Positions 1 to 5,806 are shown, counted from the stretch's first letter. The stretch is DNA of 32,000 nucleotides from Delftia acidovorans NBRC 14950 (GCF_001598795.1 NZ_BCZP01000019.1:30001-62000), one strand, 5' to 3'. The notes: a model not told the origin generated them from the sequence alone. Program-made: numbers and translations.

Positions 1-303
1 TGGAGCGGCCTGGGCCTCCAGCTCCTGCCAGCGCTTCACCACCTTCATGCGCGCCACGGCGTCGTAGCCCAGCAGCAGGGTCAGGCAGGTGTCGCGGTCC
101 AGTTCGTACTGCGGGTAGCGCTGGCCGTTGGCACCCGCGTAAGTCGTTGTTTCGCAAACAGGCTTCAAATCTGAAGCCTGCAGGTCGTCCAGCAACGTGC
201 GGATGTCGCGCATCACGTTGCCGTGGTCGCGGCCCGTCAGCTCGGCGATTTCGCGGCTGCTCATGGTCAGCACGGCGGCGGAAATTGCAGTGATCGCGTT
301 CAT
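1..303 (-). CDS. Rha-family phage regulatory protein, N-terminal part (C-terminus beyond window edge)
   Basis: My translation from ATG 303..301: MNAITAISAAVLTMSSREIAELTGRDHGNVMRDIRTLLDDL... The MSSREIAELTG..H..VMRDIR signature is typical of the Phage_pRha domain. ATGA overlap with the upstream ORF. Confidence 0.8.
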   Translation of the reverse strand, partial: MNAITAISAAVLTMSSREIAELTGRDHGNVMRDIRTLLDDLQASDLKPVCETTTYAGANGQRYPQYELDRDTCLTLLLGYDAVARMKVVKRWQELEAQAAP

Positions 304-725
304 CGGGCAGACCCTCCGAATTCGGGGGCCCCAAAGGGTCCTATGAGCGATTGCAGTCGGCTGGCAGACTGCTCCTCATGCATCAACTTCTCAGCCACCA
401 TCTGCCGATAGCTGCGCTCCCAGGTCATCACGTAGATGGCATCGCGCAGCACCGTGGAGGTGTCCGTTCCCTTCAGCACGCAGTTGCGGCGGAACTGCTC
501 GGCAGTGGACTCGTCCACCTTGGTCTTGAGCTGGATGTCCAGCTTGCCCAGCGGGCCGGCAACGCCGCGCGCGAACATGGGCGCGCCAGCTTCTTCATCC
601 AGTTGGTCTTGCACATGAGCCAGCACGCGCTCAACCTGCTCGGCATCAAGCACGGCCAGCGCCGCCTGGATCGCCTTCACGGCAGCCGCTTCAGCCCGGC
701 TCAGCTTTTCGTGGGTGTCACGCAT
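300..725 (-). CDS. Hypothetical phage protein (141 aa)
   Basis: ORF track. AGGAG lies 9 nt upstream of the ATG on the minus strand. The stop overlaps the Rha start (ATGA), implying translational coupling. No family recognised. Confidence 0.7.
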   Translation of the reverse strand: MRDTHEKLSRAEAAAVKAIQAALAVLDAEQVERVLAHVQDQLDEEAGAPMFARGVAGPLGKLDIQLKTKVDESTAEQFRRNCVLKGTDTSTVLRDAIYVMTWERSYRQMVAEKLMHEEQSASRLQSLIGPFGAPEFGGSAR

Positions 726-822
726 GCGGGACTACTCCTGGGGTTGATTCTGGGAAAAGGTGCCCGCCGCCTCCCGGGGCAGAATGGAAGTTCCTACACA
801 ACCATTCCCAGGAGGGGCGGAC

Positions 823-1095
823 ATGAACGAAGAGACATTGCGCAAAGCGCTTGTTGCACTGGAGTGCGATGCGCAGATCACGCGGATCCTTTTGGAGCAA
901 CTGATCGCGCAAGCACCAGCGCCAGAACTGCTATTGCAGAACTTCCGAGCAGCCATCGAATCGATGACGACCTCGGCGCCTTCGGACATAGATCCGGAGC
1001 AGGTAGTGGAGCTACGGGCTCGCGCGGCGCAGACGGAGCTGCTCGTGCGACAAACGCTGCTTGCCTCCAGCGCAGGGAAGCGAGGGAATCAGTAG
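823..1095 (+). CDS. Hypothetical helical protein (90 aa), convergent to the cro operon
   Basis: Internal ATG of ORF 760..1095 preceded by GGAGGGG. Hand-counted GC3 is about 68% in this frame versus about 44% in the overlapping minus frame. Confidence 0.5.
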   Translation: MNEETLRKALVALECDAQITRILLEQLIAQAPAPELLLQNFRAAIESMTTSAPSDIDPEQVVELRARAAQTELLVRQTLLASSAGKRGNQ

Positions 1096-1276
1096 TCCCT
1101 GGCAGCACGTCATCTGTACGCGCCATGGCTGCCACGGATTGCAGGTGGGCCTTGCGGATGGCGTCCGGCACAGCCTGCTCACGGCCTTCCTGTTCCGCGG
1201 TGCGCCCCTCGACATTGACGCCATCTGCCGTGACGAAGGACTCCCCAGGTCGAAGGGTGATCGCGCGGCTACGCAT
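878..1276 (-). CDS. Possible ORF in the cII-equivalent position; only the first ~60 codons look coding
   Basis: ATG at 1276 overlaps the cro stop by 8 nt. GC3 is about 70% for 1276..1100, then drops to about 44% where the frame runs antisense through 823..1095. No stop occurs before 878. Confidence 0.3.
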   Translation of the reverse strand: MRSRAITLRPGESFVTADGVNVEGRTAEQEGREQAVPDAIRKAHLQSVAAMARTDDVLPGTTDSLASLRWRQAAFVARAAPSAPREPVAPLPAPDLCPKAPRSSSIRWLLGSSAIAVLALVLARSVAPKGSA

Positions 1277-1535
1277 GGCCTTGCTCCTGGGCGGCAGGCT
1301 GCGCAAGCTCGGGCCAGATGTCCTGCCAGTCGTTGGGGCGGAGGTCACGGCGGGAGACAGTCCCACTGGACAGCGCTTCGATCCTGGGGCTAAGCGCCTT
1401 CGGAACCGGACGCCGCCTCTTGATCCACTGGTTCACAGTGGGCGGGGATACCTGTAAGGCGCGAGCCAGGGCAGCTTGGCTGCCGACAAGATCGACAACC
1501 GCCTGCACCGCAAGTCCGGGGTGTAAGTACGTCAT
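1269..1535 (-). CDS. Cro-like / YdaS-family HTH regulator (88 aa)
   Basis: GSQAALARALQVSPPTVNQWIKRRRPVP...IE..S.G.V.R.DLRP resembles YdaS/Cro (DUF1019-type) proteins. It is divergent from the CI-like repressor across the operator region. Confidence 0.85.
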   Translation of the reverse strand: MTYLHPGLAVQAVVDLVGSQAALARALQVSPPTVNQWIKRRRPVPKALSPRIEALSSGTVSRRDLRPNDWQDIWPELAQPAAQEQGHA

Positions 1536-1540
1536 ACCCC

Positions 1541-1617
1541 ATGATAAGGCTCTGCCTAATTTTGATCAATAGGCATTGCCTACGCACACTCACACATGGA
1601 ACATTAGGCAATGCTTA
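1541..1617. promoter_or_regulatory. OR-like region: three operators plus divergent promoters
   Basis: Operators are TAAGGCTCTGCCTAA 1545-1559, the perfect 13-bp palindrome TAGGCATTGCCTA 1570-1582, and TAGGCAATGCTTA 1605-1617. On the minus strand, -35 TTGATC (1569..1564) and -10 TATCAT (1546..1541) face cro. The third operator covers the repressor ATG. Confidence 0.75.
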
Positions 1618-2333
1618 CTGGTGAAAAATTAGGCCAAGCCATCGCTGAAGCCATCGAACTGAAGGGCGTCTCCAAGAAGGAGGTGGCCGAGCACTTTGAG
1701 GTAAGGCCTCCGTCCATCCAAGACTGGGTGAATCGTGGAACCATCAGCAAGGACAAGCTCCCAAAACTCTGGAGCTACTTCGCAGACGTAGTCCAGCCAG
1801 CGCACTGGGGGCTGCCCGATTACCCGCCAGGGACTACCGCCGAGACATCCAAGCAAGGGGAGAACGTGATCCAGGTCATCGATGACACCCCGCCGCCCGG
1901 CTACGTACGCCTACAGCATCTCTCGGTCCGGCCGTCGATGGGTCCTGGCTCGCACATGGACGAGGCCGTGCAGATCGTCCGGCATCTCGATGTCTTGGAA
2001 AGTTGGGTCCGCAAGAAGATCGGGACCGTCAATCCCGAGCGCATCAAGATCATGACGGGCAACGGCCACAGCATGAAACCAACGATTCAAGATGAAGACC
2101 TGGTGTTTGTGGATATGGGGCAGAGGACCATTGACGCACAGGGTATTTACGTCATCGATGTTTACAACCGCCTCTTGTTGAAGAAAGCACTAATACTGTC
2201 TGACGGCACACTGGTCCTTCGCAGCGACAACATCGTGGACTATCCCGACGAAGAGCGAATTGATCTTCGCAAGGCATCTGAGTGCATCAACATTGCCGGC
2301 AAGGTGTTGGCGTGGTGGACTATGAAGCATTGA
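1611..2333 (+). CDS. CI-like prophage repressor, XRE-type HTH plus S24 (LexA-like) peptidase domain (240 aa)
   Basis: N-terminal HTH (GVSKKEVAEHFEVRPPSIQDWVNRG). C-terminal S24 motifs GNGHSMKPT (Ser) and LLLKKA (Lys). Divergent from the cro-like gene. Confidence 0.9.
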   Translation: MLTGEKLGQAIAEAIELKGVSKKEVAEHFEVRPPSIQDWVNRGTISKDKLPKLWSYFADVVQPAHWGLPDYPPGTTAETSKQGENVIQVIDDTPPPGYVRLQHLSVRPSMGPGSHMDEAVQIVRHLDVLESWVRKKIGTVNPERIKIMTGNGHSMKPTIQDEDLVFVDMGQRTIDAQGIYVIDVYNRLLLKKALILSDGTLVLRSDNIVDYPDEERIDLRKASECINIAGKVLAWWTMKH

Positions 2334-2358
2334 ATGCCAACGCCCCAGCCTGAGACCC

Positions 2359-2383
2359 GAGCCCGCCATGAGCGGGCTTTTTC
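2359..2383 (+). terminator. Intrinsic terminator after the repressor gene
   Basis: GCCCGC-CATGA-GCGGGC followed by TTTTT. Confidence 0.7.
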
Positions 2384-2424
2384 ATGACCGCTGGCTGGCG
2401 AGCTACGCGCCATGCAACAAATTA

Positions 2425-2440
2425 CTGTACACGCATACAG
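2425..2440. promoter_or_regulatory. LexA (SOS) box
   Basis: CTGTACACGCATACAG is an exact CTGT-N8-ACAG. In the context TACTGTACACGCATACAGTT it matches 15/20 positions of the E. coli consensus. Confidence 0.7.
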
Positions 2441-2488
2441 TTGTCATGCATACTTTAACTGTGTTTTTAACCAGCACCAAGGATGCAC

Positions 2489-2788
2489 ATGACCACTTCC
2501 GCCCTCACCTCGTTCCGAGTCACTCTTCAAGACTGCATCGGCATCGAGCACGACATCAAGGCCAAGGCCGAAGCCCGCTTCGCCAAGGTGATTGAACGCA
2601 GCTTCCCCAGCCAAGAGGCCATGACCCGGGCCTACAAGCTCTTCAACGATGCGGCCGAGGGCGGCGTAATCGGGAAGGCCAACGAGGCAATGGCGCTTTC
2701 CTGGCAGAAGGCCTATGAGGCGGCCCAACAAGCCGGACTTCAGGGGATAGCCGTGGAAGAGGCCTACTTCGAAGTCCGCCTTCACTGA
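2489..2788 (+). CDS. Hypothetical protein (99 aa) downstream of the LexA box, in the rexAB/sieB-equivalent slot
   Basis: ORF 2483..2788. AAGGA at 2479-2483 favours ATG 2489. No family recognised. Confidence 0.6.
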   Translation: MTTSALTSFRVTLQDCIGIEHDIKAKAEARFAKVIERSFPSQEAMTRAYKLFNDAAEGGVIGKANEAMALSWQKAYEAAQQAGLQGIAVEEAYFEVRLH

Positions 2789-2793
2789 GCGCA

Positions 2794-2857
2794 AAGGCAG
2801 CGCATAGAAATTAATAAGGCAACGCCTATTGCAGAAAATTAGGCATCGCCTTATCAT
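2794..2857 (+). promoter_or_regulatory. OL/PL-like module: operators plus rightward promoter
   Basis: Operators are TAAGGCAACGCCTAT 2815-2829, TAGGCATCGCCTTA 2840-2853, and a weaker AAGGCAGCGCATA 2794-2806. Promoter: -35 TTGCAG 2829-2834, 17-bp spacer, -10 TATCAT 2852-2857. The 42 nt at 2816-2857 match the reverse complement of 1541-1582 at 35/42 positions. Confidence 0.75.
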
Positions 2858-2863
2858 CGCCTT

Positions 2864-3304
2864 CAACGTACCTAGCCACCGCACATGCGGACCGGCCGGG
2901 AAGTTGGGCACCACGGCATCGACCGAGCAAGCCCCGGTCTTTCACAAGTCGCACGCCGATGTTGCTTGCCCCACCCGAGGGGCATTCGTCCGGCGAAATG
3001 GCGCTCCTGGGCATGGGCCAGGTCAGCGCGCCGCGTCTCCGCGCGGTTGCCAGTCCGTCAAAGCACGGTTCACGGCATAGGGAAGGAACTGCGGGCGGGA
3101 TGCCCTGTAGAGAGTAGGCGGGAGGCTGTGAAGGGTGCGCGCCAGCGCATTTGGAGCCGACGATGGAACACCGCCCTGGCATGCCGGTGACGAACGCAGT
3201 GAGATGACACCACGGAGCAAATAAACGGTGCGGCATGTTGATGCCGCGCAGCTGCTACCAGATGCAGCACGCCCTCCCCGAGCGCATCGGGGCGAAACAA
3301 AAGA
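2864..3304 (+). other. ORF-poor, hairpin-rich leader / candidate non-coding RNA downstream of PL
   Basis: No frame on either strand gives a protein-like translation or an SD-preceded start. Several 5-7 bp hairpins are present (e.g. GCGGCAT-GTTG-ATGCCGC, CCCCGA-GCGCA-TCGGGG). The region ends at an intrinsic terminator. Confidence 0.35.
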
Positions 3305-3335
3305 GGCTTCTCGATGCGGGAGGCCTTTTCTGTTT
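3305..3335 (+). terminator. Intrinsic terminator (tL1-like)
   Basis: GGCUUCUC-GAUGC-GGGAGGCC (8 bp including 2 G-U pairs) followed by UUUUCUGUUU. Confidence 0.6.
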
Positions 3336-3361
3336 CCACCACCACCACAGGAGAGACCACC

Positions 3362-3727
3362 GTGAACCATTCCAATTCCCTCGCTCATCTCGGCAGCGGC
3401 CCCACCGTGCTGCAGCGTGCCGCCGAATCGGTTGCCCGTGGCGCAGCATATGAAAGCGCCCAAATTGCCCCGGCCCCGCAGAGCCAAGTCGAAGCCGCGC
3501 TCAGCAACATCGATGCAGGCATGGAGGACTTGCAGAACACCATCAGGCGCATTTCCGGCCGGTTGGAGCCTGTGCTGTCGGCGGCCGGCGTCTCTGCCGA
3601 GGGCAGTGCGCACGAAGCCGAGCCTGCATCCCCCACTCCTCTGGTGCGCCGACTCAACGAGCTCGCCACTCAGTTGCGAAAGGACCGCGCAGCCCTGCAG
3701 GACCTGGAGCGGCGCCTCGCGCTGTGA
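3362..3727 (+). CDS. Hypothetical protein (121 aa), C-terminal coiled-coil-like
   Basis: In-frame GTG 3362 preceded by AGGAGAG (3349-3355), within ORF 3314..3727. Confidence 0.6.
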   Translation: MNHSNSLAHLGSGPTVLQRAAESVARGAAYESAQIAPAPQSQVEAALSNIDAGMEDLQNTIRRISGRLEPVLSAAGVSAEGSAHEAEPASPTPLVRRLNELATQLRKDRAALQDLERRLAL

Positions 3728-3751
3728 GTTTCGGCCTCGGCGCGGAGCCGG

Positions 3752-3910
3752 GGCCATCACAGATAGGGAATGCGCGGGCGACGCGCGGGGAATGGAAGCA
3801 ACCGGAGCGACAGACTTCCTAGGCCGTACCCGCGAGGGCCATGCGGCTGCCATGAAAAACAGCGCTCGCTTCTGTGCCGGGATCGCGTCCGGCACCTATC
3901 TGTGATGGCC
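3752..3910. repeat. Perfect 16-bp inverted repeat bracketing 127 nt
   Basis: GGCCATCACAGATAGG at 3752-3767 and its exact reverse complement CCTATCTGTGATGGCC at 3895-3910. Confidence 0.9.
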
Positions 3911-4059
3911 AATCGTGACAGGCATTTGCCCGCCTGCAAGCAGTGAGAGTCTTGCCACCGTCGAGTTGAGAATAAGCCCGGGCGAACAGGCCTGGCCATC
4001 TTCATTTCCGGCTGCGATACGATGCCCGCCATACCAATCACAACAAGAGAGGGCATTCA

Positions 4060-4356
4060 ATGCTGAGACTCATTATTTACGTGCTGCTCGCGGCGGCCGC
4101 CTGGAAGGCATACACGACGTATCAGGCCAAGACCGGAGGGCCGGTCCCGGCTCTGCTTCTCAATGAGCCTCGCCCTCGCGACATCGATGTCGGCAGCACC
4201 ACTTCAAGCGCTCCTAAATACACCTGTGACGGTCGCACGCACTGCTCGCAGATGACCTCGTGCGAAGAGGCGAAGTTCTTCCTGCGCAACTGCCCCAACA
4301 CCAAGATGGATGGAGATGGAGATGGCATTCCGTGCGAGCGTCAGCTCTGCAACTGA
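4060..4356 (+). CDS. Membrane-anchored Excalibur (calcium-binding) domain protein (98 aa)
   Basis: N-terminal TM helix (LIIYVLLAAAAW). C-terminus CSQMTSCEEAKFFLRNCPNTKMDGDGDGIPCE matches the Excalibur DxDxDGxxCE signature. Confidence 0.75.
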   Translation: MLRLIIYVLLAAAAWKAYTTYQAKTGGPVPALLLNEPRPRDIDVGSTTSSAPKYTCDGRTHCSQMTSCEEAKFFLRNCPNTKMDGDGDGIPCERQLCN

Positions 4357-4504
4357 TCCCTACCTCCTTTTACCTCCTGTTCATGTTCCGCTGAATATGA
4401 GCAAGGCATACTGACCTCAACAGTTTCGCGCCGAGCCTGGGCTTCCTCCTCCCTCCCTCTCAACTTCCCAGGCACGCCTTTCAAGGCATCGGCACTTTCC
4501 AGCC

Positions 4505-4540
4505 AGGCCCTGCAGCTTCACCAGTTGCAGGGCCTTTTTG
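4505..4540 (+). terminator. Intrinsic terminator
   Basis: AGGCCCTGCA / TGCAGGGCCT 10-bp stem followed by TTTTT. Confidence 0.75.
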
Positions 4541-4567
4541 TTTCGTGGGGCCGCTCTCGCGGCATTG

Positions 4568-4603
4568 GCCCGCCCTGCAGCAATGTGGGGCGGGCACTTT
4601 TTT
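4568..4603 (+). terminator. Second, tandem intrinsic terminator
   Basis: GCCCGCCC / GGGCGGGC 8-bp stem, 12-nt loop, then ACTTTTTT. It ends 10 nt before the next ATG. Confidence 0.65.
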
Positions 4604-4613
4604 GGAATCCACC

Positions 4614-4811
4614 ATGAGAACCAGATTCACCCGTCTGCGCGGCGAACGCAATGCCGCCGCCTATGAGCCGCGCTCTCTTGCCGAATGGAAAGAAGAAGAG
4701 CGCCTGTTGGCAGAGGCTGCAGCCCAGCGCCGACAGCAGCAAGCCACCAACCCCACGAACCCGCCGCCCGGCGGGTTTGCTGTTCCTGGAGTGCCCAAAT
4801 GCAACGAGTGA
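4614..4811 (+). CDS. Hypothetical small protein (65 aa), Arg-rich N-terminus
   Basis: Internal ATG of ORF 4545..4811 (MRTRFTRLRGERN...). Weak RBS. Confidence 0.45.
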   Translation: MRTRFTRLRGERNAAAYEPRSLAEWKEEERLLAEAAAQRRQQQATNPTNPPPGGFAVPGVPKCNE

Positions 4812-5110
4812 TCCCCTCCGAGCCCTTCAATCCCGATCCCGATGCGCGCTTTCTGCGCCAAGCGTCTCGCCCTGGTCCTGTAGTCGAGCCGGGCCCGGCG
4901 CCCCCGCCCGGCGGCTGGCTGCTCCTGTGCCTGGTCCTGCTTGTGGCTCTGGCGCTCAGCGCGTGCGCAGATGCCGGCGCGGCTCAGGAGCCGGTGGCCA
5001 GCGCAGCGGACGTGCAGCGCGCGCACAGCGCCGCCCAGGCCTGTCCGCCCGGCCATGCCGTGGTCTGGAACGGGCCGCAATCCATGGAATGCCTGCGCGA
5101 GCTGCCATGA
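4799..5110 (+). CDS. Putative lipoprotein / membrane-anchored protein (103 aa)
   Basis: Internal ATG of ORF 4685..5110. Hydrophobic stretch ends in the lipobox-like LALSAC. The n-region before the signal is unusually long. Confidence 0.5.
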   Translation: MQRVIPSEPFNPDPDARFLRQASRPGPVVEPGPAPPPGGWLLLCLVLLVALALSACADAGAAQEPVASAADVQRAHSAAQACPPGHAVVWNGPQSMECLRELP

Positions 5111-5199
5111 CCAAACTCCTCGGCTTTTTCCTCTGGTCGGCCTACTCGGCCTTCTGCATTGCTGCTGCGGTCGCCATTTCCGGAGCACCCCTTTTCTGA
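5107..5199 (+). CDS. 30-aa hydrophobic single-TM peptide
   Basis: MTKLLGFFLWSAYSAFCIAAAVAISGAPLF. ATGA overlap with the preceding stop. Confidence 0.4.
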   Translation: MTKLLGFFLWSAYSAFCIAAAVAISGAPLF

Positions 5200-5216
5200 A
5201 CCTGGAGCACCAGCTC

Positions 5217-5513
5217 ATGAGCCAATCCACAGACCCCATCGAAGGCGTGCGCGTCACCCACGAGATCACGTCCAACCACCACGCCCATGCAATGACGCAC
5301 GTGGCCGAGCCGATCATCGAAATCCTGAGCGCCTACGGCCAGCGCAACGGCAACACGTTTGCCCTGTATGGCGGCCTGTATGCCATGGGCTGCGCCCTGG
5401 CCAGCATCGGCGCGAACCTGGAGCCCGGCGTGGATCTGCGTCAGCAGCTCGAACCGATGCTCGCCGGCTACCAGGCGATGCGCGAGTCCCAGGTCAAGGC
5501 ACAGGCCCACTGA
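5217..5513 (+). CDS. Hypothetical protein (98 aa)
   Basis: Internal ATG of ORF 4941..5513, preceded by GGAGCA. Confidence 0.5.
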   Translation: MSQSTDPIEGVRVTHEITSNHHAHAMTHVAEPIIEILSAYGQRNGNTFALYGGLYAMGCALASIGANLEPGVDLRQQLEPMLAGYQAMRESQVKAQAH

Positions 5514-5518
5514 TCGCC

Positions 5519-5806
5519 ATGTCGAACACCGAGAAGCTCAACCTCACGCAGATCTGCGCCAAGTTCTCTCCCTGGCTGCAGCTCAACGCGGCGAATCTCG
5601 CGGCCCTGGGCGTGCCCATCGAGAAGGTTCAAAGCGCGGTGCTGATGAATGCCCGCGACCTGCCACGCCTGGCCGACGCTCTGATCGACCGGCTCTACGC
5701 CAAGCGCGAGGAATTCCTGGCCGGGCCCGCGCCGCGCGTGCCTGCGATCCCTGCGCCCGCCATCCAGCACCTGCCGGCCGACGACACCGAGGGCGGCGCG
5801 ATTTAG
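5519..5806 (+). CDS. Hypothetical protein (95 aa)
   Basis: Internal ATG of ORF 5159..5806, 6 nt after the previous stop. Confidence 0.5.
   Translation: MSNTEKLNLTQICAKFSPWLQLNAANLAALGVPIEKVQSAVLMNARDLPRLADALIDRLYAKREEFLAGPAPRVPAIPAPAIQHLPADDTEGGAI

Noticed and set aside
2885-3190. Very Arg-rich 101-aa plus-strand ORF as a possible lambda-N-like antiterminator
   Set aside because: It has no Shine-Dalgarno sequence, and Arg/Trp-rich composition is what off-frame high-GC DNA produces. GC3 of about 70% is not distinctive. It is not called as a gene but is kept as an alternative hypothesis in the leader finding.
3023-3895. 290-aa minus-strand ORF covering the non-coding leader and the 3362-3727 gene
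   Set aside because: Arg/Ala/Pro-rich shadow translation with no RBS. It would run against the direction of the whole operon.
4614-4811. The Arg-rich N-terminus (MRTRFTRLRGERN) of the 65-aa ORF as an N-type arginine-rich motif
   Set aside because: The gene lies downstream of three terminators that an antiterminator would itself need to overcome. The motif is short and unsupported by any nearby boxB-like hairpin that I could find.
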